A stretch of 64,000 nucleotides of DNA. Origin: Antedon mediterranea (Eukaryota > Animalia > Echinodermata). A model generated the notes under the pieces. That model was not told where the DNA came from. It was given only the letters and a program-made list of their open reading frames with translations, and did no database searches. Made by a program: the position numbers and the translations under genes. The stretch is taken from assembly GCF_964355755.1 (NCBI RefSeq), contig NC_092680.1, positions 2,976,001 through 3,040,000 on the forward strand, given 5' to 3'. This document shows positions 1 through 13,163 of the stretch, piece after piece. Positions within the stretch are counted from its first letter, which is position 1. Every line of letters starts with the position of its first letter.

Positions 1-432
1 AATTAACTGTATTTTCGTTTAAAGATATTGTCCCTGCTCTAAAACATGAACAATGAAGATGAATGAAATGTTTGAATATACAATTTTTTTCAGTTTTCAT
101 TTCATTGTTTGTTCTATGATGTTTTTAAAGACAAATATCTTTTGTATATTTCTTTTGCGAAAATCTGCTTTCTCCAGCTATTATTCCATTATTTATTGAT
201 CTACTTATCACATTACTTAGTATAAAGTAATATACATATACAATATACATAAAAGTAGGGCCGGAAAACATCTCAATTACTCAACTCCCTAACGCAAAAG
301 CTACCCCACAGTACTAGTTAACTGCAATTATCACATTCATTTGTCATAGTAAAACGTATTCGTGGCTCACTTATTTGCCGTTTCATTCTTGCAAACTGTT
401 TTCATTTCCGTTATTATTTGTTTATCTTCAAG

Positions 433-2835
433 ATGCGTACGCTAAATCCCAAATTCAAAAGGCGATAGACAGATACAGCGCTGAGACCTGCATTAAATGG
501 GTTGCCAGGACCTCTGAAAGCAATTATGTCAAGATTGTTTCAAAAGACGGGTAAGTGAATTAAAGAAGCAACATATTTGTTTGAAACTTAATAACTTAAA
601 TAGTTTTATCAGGGAATTAGAGTGAGTCTCTGGTTTTACAGTGTCAATGGTCATTTTCATTACATAACATACGTATTATGATACACACATAGATTTTGGT
701 AGGCTTACGATAGGTTTCCATATTGTAAGTATAGCAATAATTTCAAATCGTTTTTCTTCAGTTGTTATTCATCTGTTGGTGTAGTAGGTGGTGTACAAGA
801 ATTATCGTTGGGTAACGGTTGCTACCAATCAGTTGGTATCATAATGCATGAGATGATGCACGCTATTGGCTTCTACCACGAACAAAGCAGAACTGATCGT
901 GACAGTTACGTCTCAATCCAGTGGCAAAATATTCAAGATGGTGAGTTAAAAAATACCACGCAATGGGAAGAATGAGTCCATGTTAATGTCCATTGTAATA
1001 ATATACAATGGCATTCGGTGAATAATGAAACGAGGCGAAGCCGAGTTGAAATATAACCTTTCATCATTCACCGAATGCCTAAATTGTACAATTACACGAA
1101 ATATAAAGCATTCATTATTATATAACATCTACAGATTGAATAAAAGGTAGGCTTATATTTGATTCACATAGAAATTGTAAAGTTGTTTCCATTAATTATT
1201 CAAAATCATACAAACGATCTAAAGCTAATTTAAATGCTTTTTTGGCTTAAATTAATATGTATATCTCTCCAAAAATTTCGTCGCGAAAAGAGAGTTCAAT
1301 GTTTCAACGTTTGTTATTGGTTTTAAAAAATAGGCGGCGCTGTTGTATGTTACGTTCAGAATTACAGTTAATGGTCGTAAATATTTTTTTCGTACCTGAA
1401 AAAAAGTATTTATTGAACGACCGTTCAATAGTGCGTACTATTGCACGCCATGTGACCCACAATCGTTCAATCAAATGACAGGAATGTATTTAGGTGTTGT
1501 ATAAAAGGGAATATCACTACTTTCCGATAAATTTCATGTGAGACTGAGTCTAAAATATTTGTTATTAATGTATCGCAGGTATGGAATACAATTTCGACAG
1601 CTACCCATCATCTTATATTGACGACGTTGGCGTATCATATGATTACAATTCTATTATGCATTATGATGCGTACGCCTTCTCGAAGAATGGTTATGAAACA
1701 ATTATACCATATCAAAGTGGAGCTAACATCGGAAACCGAGCCGATTTCAGCAGTAAAGACATTGATAAGATTAACAAGTACTATGAGTGTGGTAGGTTTC
1801 TAATACAATATTACATACATTAAAATGGATCTTTATCTATTAGTAGATTTTAAACAGTAGATGTCTTTTACGGACATTGATTTCACTTATTGAATGTTAT
1901 TTTATTAATGTTATATATTCCTATGAATATCTTTCAACCACTACTTTCAGATTTAATTTTATCGAACTGTTTATGTGTGTACTCATTTTTTTTTATTATT
2001 AACTTTGTAGACGGTAACGGGGCAGGAGGAGGAGGGGGAGGTGGCAGTAAGTATTTTGCAAAGTGTTTTAAACATTTACTCTTAAATTCTAATGCATATC
2101 TTATTTTATTGTTCTGTCTCACATTTATCCATACCTTGCAATCAAATTTAAAAAGAAATTTTATAAAAATTAGCCAATTACCTAATAATGTTGCTATTAA
2201 TGGTATTAATAATGGTTTTTTTTTTATGATATGATATTTATTATTATTAATAATAATCATTAATATTGGGTAATCAAAAATTAAAGAAGGAAATGATCCC
2301 TACATTTTAAAAATAATAAGAAATTGAATGAATTTCGATAATAAAATCTATCAGACATAATTATGTATGTGTAGATAAACTTCCTAACGTTGATTAAACT
2401 GAATACGGCAGGTTGTTATGACTACGATACTAACTGTGGCTACTGGGCTGGACAAGGATACTGCTCATCCAGCAGCGAATACTACAGTTACATGTCATCT
2501 AACTGTCCGATGAGCTGTTCATTTTGCTGTAAGTTTTTAAAAGGTGTTATTCATAAAAACAAGGCCATATACATGGCTGCAGTCGCGTGCTCAAGTTAGT
2601 GTTTACCGACCAACCAACCAACCAACCGACTGACTAAAACAACCGACTGACTAAAAATATAAAATGTACTGTACTCTACTGGTTAACATTAACTAGATAT
2701 AGAGAATACTACATGACAAGTTACCGCCAGAGTAGCTGGAACTTCTGCTGTACTTACGCAGCCTAAAATGGGATACATTACAGTTACAAGTTTGTCAATT
2801 TCAGCCTGGCCATTCCTATGTTTCTTTACAGTTGT

Positions 2836-2866
<31 letters not shown>

Positions 2867-4117
2867 CAATGTTGGTCGTGACTACTGTACACTTACTTAT
2901 TTTTAAGGCGACTATGTTGTAGGCCATAAAGACAAGAGTAGAGAGAAAAGCCGAAAAAAAAATGTTGACGACGGACGAAATAGTTTGAATGAAACTTCAT
3001 GGTTTATCTTAAGCTTGGTTCCCACTACCAGCTAACGCAATGACGCAAGCACAACTCAAGCGAGTTGAACAATGACAAGCGGATCTATCGGTTATGGTTG
3101 GTTCCCACTAGAGACGCAACAGAAGGTCATACCGCAACGCAATTGACCAATCACAAGCGATGGATTATTCGAACTATCGCTTGTCATTGGTTAACACGCT
3201 TGCGTTGCGTGTACGTGCTTGCGTTACGTTCTAGTGGGAACCGAGCTTCAATGATTATTCAAATTACTTGCGTGGCGGTTCCTTCATTATGTTGCGTCCG
3301 AGTGGGAACCAGGTTTAGTTCCTCTGCTATTTAGAAATGTAACGTTCTTAGCTTCAGCATCTGCTTGTGCTGACATTGACAGTCGTAGTTGTCAGACCTG
3401 GGCTTACGACGGACACTGTTCATCAGACAGTATTTACTACCCTTACATGAAAACTAACTGTCAGAAGAGCTGTCATTTCTGCTGTAAGTTTACACTCTTT
3501 ACCGGTACTTTCGTAGGCCAAAAATTAATTTCTCAATTTAGGCTAGAAATATATTTTTGTTCCTATGAAATGACAAATCTTTTTTTTAAACCCACCCATT
3601 TTGTTACAATAATGTGAAATGACATTTTTCCTACAAGTAGAGTGTCCAACACTTTTGTAGGCCTACCTGCCAAGTTGACAAACATGTAAATGTAATATAC
3701 TACGTTTTAGGCTACGCAAGCAATTAAAGTAGCTTGTTACACGTACACGCTTGCGTACAGACATTTGTTTGGATGAGCAATATAGCTGTATTATGTGTAT
3801 ATAGATATATATATATATATATATATAAATCATACTGTAAATTATAGAAACAGATATATATATATATATACGACAACGTTCCAACCTTTCGTTTGTTCAA
3901 GATATTTTTGACAATTATAACACAAGAAACAATAAACAAATTATTTTAACACTGAATAATCTAAGCATTTTTGCCATATGAAAGATACACATCTTTGTAT
4001 CCCCTCAAATGATCTGACAAGGAAATGGAAATTTATTTCAAAGTCTAATTATAATATTTGTTTGTAATTTGAATTATAAAAACAAAGCTTACGTTTTCCA
4101 TTTTCTTGATTTCAGAA
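433..4117 (+). CDS. Astacin-family (M12A) zinc metalloprotease with Gly linker and two C-terminal ShK domains; 5' end outside window. Exons 433-550, 762-940, 1579-1791, 2011-2046, 2412-2528, 3352(or 3358)-3483, 4116-4117 (split stop)
   Basis: GT-AG exons join in frame: ...[17 protein letters not shown]... / CYSSVG...[19 protein letters not shown] (astacin HExxHxxGFxHExxRxDRD) / ...YDYNSIMHY (Met-turn) / [12 protein letters not shown] / [17 protein letters not shown]...[12 protein letters not shown] / [18 protein letters not shown]...[12 protein letters not shown] (six-Cys ShK pattern). AATAAA near 4256. Confidence 0.93.
3012..3316. mobile_element. Nested MITE pair (family B, termini like AGCTTGGTTCCCACTAG...CTAGTGGGAACC) in an astacin intron
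   Basis: Two left ends ttggttcccacta (~3015, ~3098) and two right ends agtgggaacc (~3233, ~3301), around a central palindrome ttgaccaatcacaagcga...tcgcttgtcattggttaa; TA-rich flanks suggest PIF/Harbinger. Confidence 0.7.
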
Positions 4118-4322
4118 CACGCCTCCAAAAATGAGTTCCAAAAGGCAAGAGAAGAAAACTGTTTAAAATAAAAACAAAAGAAAGTAATTGTACAATGATC
4201 TACAGTATCAGTTTAAGATACAAAAACCAATGTTATTTAGAATAATAATAATATGAATAAATAAATACGGAATCATGAAAAATGCTTCATTAATTTGTAT
4301 GAATACCGAACATCAGATTTAG

Positions 4323-7300
4323 AGGATGATGATGATGTATGATGATGTATGATGATGTATGATGATGATGATGTATGATGATGATGATGATGTATGATGT
4401 ATGATGATGATGTATGATGATGATGATGTATGATGATGTATGATGATGTATGATGATGATGTATGATGATGATGTATGATGATGATGATGTATGATGATG
4501 ATGTATGATGATGATGTATTATGATGATGATGTTTTATGACGATGATGTATTATGATGATGATGTTTTATGACGATGATGTATGATGATGTATGATGATG
4601 ATGATGATGTATGATAATGATGATGATGATGATGTATGATGATGATGTATGATGATGATGTATGATGATGTATGATGATGATGATGTATGATAATGATGT
4701 ATGATGATGATGTATGATAATGATGTATGATGATGATGTATGATGATGATGTATGATGATGATGATGTATGATGATGATGTATGATAATGTATGATGTAT
4801 GATGATGATGATGATGCTGATGTATGATGATGATGTATGATAATGTATGATGATGTATTATGATGATGTATGATGATGATGATGTATGATGATGATGTAT
4901 GATGATGATGATGATGATGTATGATGATGATGTATGATGATGATGTATGATGATGTATGATGATGATGATGATGTATGATGGATGATGATGATGTATGAT
5001 GATGATGTATGATAATGATGTATGATGTATGATGATGTATGATGATGTATGATGATGTATGATGATGATGTATGATGATGTATGATGATGATGATGATGT
5101 ATGATAATGATGTATGATGATGATGTATGATGTATGATGATGTATGATGATGTATGATGATGTATGATGATGATGATGTATGATAATGATGATGATGACG
5201 ATGATGTATGATGATGTATTATGATGATGTATGATGATGATGTATGATGATGATGTATGATGATGATGTATGATGATGATGTATGATGATGATGATGATG
5301 TATGATAATGATGATGATGACGATGATGTATGATGATGTATTATGATGATGTATGATGATGATGTATGATGATGATGTATGATGATGATGATGCTGATGT
5401 ATGATGATGATGTATGATAATGTATGATGATGTATTATGATGATGTATGATGATGATGATGTATGATGATGATGTATGATGATGATGATGATGATGTATG
5501 ATGATGATGTATGATGATGATGTATGATGATGTATGATGATGATGATGATGTATGATGGATGATGATGATGTATGATGATGATGTATGATAATGATGTAT
5601 GATGTATGATGATGTATGATGATGTATGATGATGTATGATGATGATGTATGATGATGTATGATGATGATGATGATGTATGATAATGATGTATGATGATGA
5701 TGTATGATGTATGATGATGTATGATGATGTATGATGATGTATGATGATGATGATGTATGATAATGATGATGATGACGATGATGTATGATGATGTATTATG
5801 ATGATGTATGATGATGATGTATGATGATGATGTATGATGATGATGTATGATGATGATGTATGATGATGATGATGATGTATGATAATGATGATGATGACGA
5901 TGATGTATGATGATGTATTATGATGATGTATGATGATGATGTATGATGATGATGTATGATGATGATGATGCTGATGTATGATGATGATGTATGATAATGT
6001 ATGATGATGTATTATGATGATGTATGATGATGATGATGTATGATGATGATGTATGATGATGATGATGATGAGGATGATGTATGATGATGATGTATGATGA
6101 TGTATGATGATGATGATGATGTATGATGGATGATGATGATGTATGATGATGATGTATGATAATGATGTATGATGTATGATGATGTATGATGATGTATGAT
6201 GATGTATGATGATGATGTATGATGATGTATGATGATGATGATGATGTATGATAAATGATAATGATGTATGATGATGATGTATGATGTATGATGATGTATG
6301 ATGATGTATGATGATGTATGATGATGATGATGATGATGATGTATGATAATGATGATGATGACGATGATGTATGATGATGTATTATGATGATGTATGATGA
6401 AGATGATGTATGATGATGATGATGATGATGATGTATGATAATGATGATGATGACGATGATGTATGATGATGTATTATGATGATGTATGATGATGATGTAT
6501 GATGATGATGTATGATGATGATGTATGATGATGATGATGATGTATGATAATGATGATGATGACGATGATGTATGATGATGTATTATGATGATGTATGATG
6601 ATGATGTATGATGATGATGATGATGTATGATGATGATGATGATGATGTATGATGATGATGTATGATGATGATGTATGATGTATGATGTATGATGATGATG
6701 TATGATGTATGATGATGTATGATGATGTATGATGATGATGTATGATGTATGATGATGTATGATGATGATGATGTATGATGTATGATGATGATGATGATGT
6801 ATGATGATGATGTATGATGATGATGATGATGTATGATGATGATGATGATGATGATGATGTATGATGATGTATGATGATGATGATGTATGATAATGTATGA
6901 TGATGATGTATGATGATGATGATGTATGATGAAGATGATGTATGATGATGATGATGTATGATGATGATGTATGATGAAGATGATGTATGATGATGTATGA
7001 TGATGATGATGTATGATAATGTATGATGTATGATGATGATGGATGATGATGATGATGATGATGTATGATGATGATGATGATGTATGATGATGATGATGAT
7101 GATGTATGATGATGATGTATGATGATGATGTATGATGATGATGTATGATAATGTATGATGATGTATGATGATGATGATGATGATGTATGATAATGATGTA
7201 TGATGATGTATGATGATGATGATGTATGATGATGTATGGTGATGTATGATGATGATGTATGATGATGATGTATGATGATGATGATGTATGATGATGATGA

Positions 7301-9039
7301 TGATGTATGATAATGATGTATGATGATGATGAATGATGTATGATGATGTATGATGTATGGTGATGATGTATGATGATGTATGATGATGATGATGATGTAT
7401 TATGATGATGTATGATGATGATGATGATGATGATGTATGATAATGATGATGATGATGATGATGTATGATGATGATGTATGATGATGATGATGTATGATGT
7501 ATGATGATGTATGATGATGATGTATGATGATGATGTATGATGATGATGTATGATAATGTATGATGATGTATGATGATGTATGATGATGATGATGATGTAT
7601 GATAATGATGATGATGATGAGGATGTATGATGATGTTGTATGATGATGTATGATAATGTATGATGATGATGTATGATGATGATGTATGATGATGATGATG
7701 TATGATGATGATGTATGATGATGATGTATGATGATGATAATGTTTGATGATGATGTATGATGATGATGTATGATGATGATGTATGATGATGATGATGATG
7801 TATGATGATGTATGATGATGATGATGTATGATAATGTATGATGATGATGTATGATGATGATGATGTATGATGATGATGTATGATGATGATGTATGATGAT
7901 GATGTATGATGATGATGATGTATGGTGATGATGTATGATGATGATGTATGATGTATGATGATGATGTATGATGTATGATGTATGATGTATGATGATGATG
8001 ATGATGTATGATGATGATGATGATGTATGATGATGATGTATGATGATGATGTATGATGATGATGTATGATAATGTATGATGATGTATGATGATGTATGAT
8101 GATGATGATGATGTATGATAATGATGTATGATGATGTATGATGATGATGTATGATGATGATGTATGATGATGTATGATGATGATGATGTATGATGATGAT
8201 GATGTATGATAATGATGTATGATAATGATGTATGATGATGATGTATGATGTATGATGATGATGTATGATGATGATGTATGATGATGTATGATGATGATGA
8301 GGATGATGTATGATAATGATGATGATGATGAGGATGTATGATGATGATGTATGATGATGATGTATGATGATGATGATGTATGATGTATGATGATGTATGA
8401 TGATGATGTATGATGATGATGTATGATAATGTATGATGATGTATGATGATGTATGATGATGATGATGTATGATAATGATGATGATGATGAGGATGTATGA
8501 TGATGATGTATGATGATGATGTATGATGATGTATGATAATGTATGATGATGATGTATGATGATGATGTATGATGATGTATGATAATGTATGATGATGATG
8601 TATGATGATGATGTATGATGATGATGTATGATGATGATGTATGATGATGATGATGTATGATGATGTATGATGATGATGTATGATGATGATGATGTATGAT
8701 ATGATGTATGATGATGAGGTATGATGATGTATGATGATGATGCATGATGATGATGTATGATGATGTATGATAATGTATGATGATGATGTATGATGATGAT
8801 GATGATGATGATGTATGATGATGATGATGATGATGATGTATGATGGTGATGATGATGATGATGTATGATGATGATGATGATGTATGATGATGATGTATGA
8901 TGATGATGTATGATGATGTATGATGATGATGATGATGTATGATAATGATGTATGATAATGATGTATGATGATGATGTATGATGATGTATGATGATGATGA
9001 TGATGTATGATGATGTATGATGATGTATGATGATGATGT

Positions 9040-9075
<36 letters not shown>

Positions 9076-9965
9076 TATGATAATGATGATGATGACGATG
9101 ATGTATGATGTATGATGATGTATGATGATGATGTATGATGGTGATGTATGATGATGTATGATGATGATGATGTATGATAATGATGTATGATGTATGATGA
9201 TGTATGATGATGTATAATGATGTATGATGATGTATGATGATGTATGATGATGATGTATGATAATGATGATGTATGATGATGTATTATGATGATGTATGAT
9301 AATGATGTATGATGATGTATGATTCATGATGATGATGTATGATGATGTATGATGATGTATGATGATGATGATGATGATGTATGATAATGATGTATGATGA
9401 TGATGTATGATGTATGATGATGTATGATGATGTATGATGATGATGATGATGATGTATGATAATGATGATGACGATGATGTATGATGATGTATTATGATGA
9501 TGTATGATGATGATGTATGATGATGATGATGATGTATGATGATGATGATGATGATGATGTATAATGTATGATGTATGATGATGATGTATGATGATGATGT
9601 ATGATGATGATGTATGATGATGATGATGATGATGATGTATGATGATGATGTATGATGATGATGTATGATAATGATGTATGATGATGATGTATGATGATGA
9701 TGATGTATGATGATGATGATGTATGATCATGATGTATTATGATGATGATGTATGATGATGTATGATGATGTATGATGTTTTATGATGATGATGTATGATG
9801 ATGTATGATGATGATGATGTATGATGATGATGATGTATGATCATGATGTATTATGATGATGATGTATGATGATGATTGATTTAAAATCAATGATGTATGA
9901 TTAATGATGTATGATTATGATGTAATTTATGATGAATGAATAATGACTTTTGATGATGACGATGT
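4323..9965. repeat. ~5.6-kb compound microsatellite of (GAT)n interrupted by GATGTAT, with a higher-order ~577-bp period in its left part
   Basis: Directly visible. Rare variant gatgctgat at 4817, 5394, 5971 and gatggatg at 4981, 5558, 6128. Confidence 0.97.
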
Positions 9966-12900
9966 ATCTTTAACAGTCAGTTGGAAGATTAGTCTATAAA
10001 TTTCAAAAAATGAAACAGCATGCACTAGTTTAAGTCATGTGTATGCGGTAGCAATTTTAGAACGATTGAAGCGTCAAAATCATAGATAAGAATGTATTGC
10101 TAACATTCGCAATAATATCAACGTCCCTGGAGCATGTCAAGTTTTATAGCTCGATCAACAGACAGGCTTTTTTACGCTGACCTGGAGCAGAACTATGGAT
10201 TAAAGTTATAGTACGTCCATATACGGCACATAATGGAAGCATCATTTCCGATATGTAATAATTGAATATTCACATATCCAATCAGAGACAAGTAACGGTT
10301 ACAAACAGATGACTTTTTGTAAAACGTATCGTAGGCCCGCGAGTATACGCTCCGAATGATAGTGAAACAAGCACCCAGCTGATTCATTCATGTACTATAG
10401 GCTAGTATACTACTAACAATTAATAGGCCTACTATCAGAATAAACATCGATTTATATGTTAGGTAAGTTTTAAACATGCACTATTATTAACTTTTATAGT
10501 ATTTTGAGTCACGGCAATACATGTACATACTTATTGTTATATAAGGTGAATTTATATGCATCATTTACTTTCAACGGATTAATACGCTGTTTGGCTTCAT
10601 GCCTAAACTTTTTGCACACATATTTCCAGTGACGTTTTTAAAGTGTTTTCTGTCGTGTAAAATCTAATTTGCCATTGTGACACAGTTTGTCATTTGCTGG
10701 AATGTAATTGATACACATTTCAATTGCTTGCAAATTAAATAATATTGGTCTATAGTTAGTTGAAATTTAATTTTAAAAGGTTTTAATATGATATTATTAT
10801 TATTATATTTTTTGCAAACGAATTACTATAATTACGCATGTACCAGTAATTACCATTTTCTAATTACCGCTGGATAAGTAGGCTAATTTTATAGTTGATT
10901 TGGTTTCTATGGAAAAAATAGGTTTGACCTAAATTATAATGTACCAATCAACCACAGGGCGTGGTCGTCACTCTAAGTAATTCAGAAATGAAGCGTGGCG
11001 ATGACCAAGAACACATGAGGGAAGTTGTATCTTACTTTACATGTTATCATACCATGATAATTGAGGTGGTGACGATGATGATAATGACGTTGATGATAAT
11101 GATGATGGGTTAAAGATAATGATGATTTCACCTATTATTTTATTATTACAATTGCAATAACTTGTTATTATCTTTTGATATATTAAAATATAACAAATTA
11201 GGAATCAAGAAACAGTGCGTCCTACTTTTAATTTCCTTACTACAAAATCCAACAGAAAGGAAGTTAGAATGTTAGTTTAACATTCGATGCGGTAAAAATT
11301 GAAGGCGTCGAAAAGACTATCGGCAAAGCTAAATGTTGGCAGTATTTCAGAGTTCCAAATAGCCAAAATAGATAAATAAACAATTAAAACACAAACATCA
11401 TAATATTAAATGCAAGAATATTTGGATGAATTTCAGACTACATTTGTTAATTGTAATTTGGCGTTTGCCAAATAAACGTCATTTAAATCCCGAGATCTCA
11501 CTACATGCTATCTTGTACTACTCATATCATTTAAAGGATTTCATTCTGTTTTGTTGGTATAAGATAACAAATCTTTTGCCAAATTTTGTTGGAGAAATAG
11601 ATTAATCAATGAATCAATATGGATCAATTTAAAAAAATTTAATTTTTTTTTTTTAAAGATCCTCTTTTTTTCTAGCATTTCATGTCCTGTGTCCACCATG
11701 GAAGTAGTTCAATCGACTGCTACAAAGTGTAAGAAGCAAATTATAAGCTTTGCATCTTATACTGCTTAGGTCATCATTTTATATTATTGTACACGGATAT
11801 CACAAGACTTATTCTGTAATAAGAATACGCGCCAAACTAATTACTATTCATTATAGTCTGCTATTGACGAAAACTTTAAAAGGAAGAGAGTTTTGAAACA
11901 GGATATCTGTGGTAACACTACGGTTTCTACTATGGTTTCTTTTCGCACTCTTCCTTTAAAAACAAGTTTACACGAAATTGAGTTTAATGTTATCAATAAA
12001 CTATCTGGATCTGTGTCTCACATAATACAGTATGCAAATTTAACACATTCAATCAGAAATATTCACTCATTTTTGTTTTGTTTTCAACATTTGAATTAAT
12101 CATTTGTCTAAAAGACATTAATTATTGCAACGAGGAAAAAAACACATTCTGCTGCAGACTACCCTGGAACAATTATTATTACATTGGCGACCTTCCAATT
12201 GTTATTTCTTTAATAAAAGGTCGGCTTAATGCTAGGCTGGACATTTGCCAGATTCTTAATTCATAATTTACAAAAACACACAAACTAAATATAATTTTAG
12301 TAGCTAAACATGTTCTAATTTTATAGGTCAAACCCATCAATATTAAGTATATAAACTATCACCTTTGAAATATACCATCGATAACACACGAGTTTACTTA
12401 TGTTTGTCTCAGGTACCGTTAATACCTTTAAATTTCCTTTTATAATTTACAAAATATATAGCAATTAATGGTGCAAGGCTGATGATAATGATTGGTTTTT
12501 ATAAAGATGTTTACGGTAATGATTATTAATGATAAAATTTATTAGATATTAAACCGAAATTAAACAATAAATATTTCTTACAAAAAACGCCGCTCGACTT
12601 TTTTGACGTAACAGTTTTAATTATTGTTCTTTCCTCATTAAATGACGATTTTTCTTTCGATTCTTTTAATCAGTAGTACCATAAACATTTTGTGTAACGT
12701 AAAATAGTCAGTATAGAACAAAGTCCGTGGCCTACTGATGTACAGAACAAAAATATAATCTTAAACTAAACTATAGTACTGTTTATATTCCCTAAGGTTC
12801 CCTATACCCCAATATTTCAGTAAAAACAGTGATATATTATAAGAGGACAAAGGCATTAATGCTTTTGTCCCTCTTGAATAAATATAACTGCCTAAGGCGC

Positions 12901-13163
12901 GTCGAGATAAAAGATTTTTGGATAGTTTTGGATTTAACTGTTGGAATTTGATGACGTCATATTGTATTCTTCTATATTAATTCTAATTCGGACAGTGGTA
13001 GTTTTGGCCACGTCAGCAGTTATGATGAATATATTATTTTGTACAACTTTTCAATGCAAGTCAAAAGTGTGAATCTTACTAAGGTGTTTTAATTGACGAA
13101 TATATTAGGCCTACCTCCTCGTTGATTTAACTATAATCATTACATCATATTTTCTTTCCAGAA

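Noticed and set aside
6583-9730. 914-aa and 148-aa His/Ile/Ser-rich minus-strand ORFs
   Set aside because: Translation of the (ATC)n/ATACATC satellite, which rarely forms stops; residue runs switch with repeat phase and there is no gene context.
12827-12890. Hairpin upstream of the death-domain coding exon as a pre-miRNA
   Set aside because: Essentially a loopless AT-rich palindrome, more like a DNA-element remnant.
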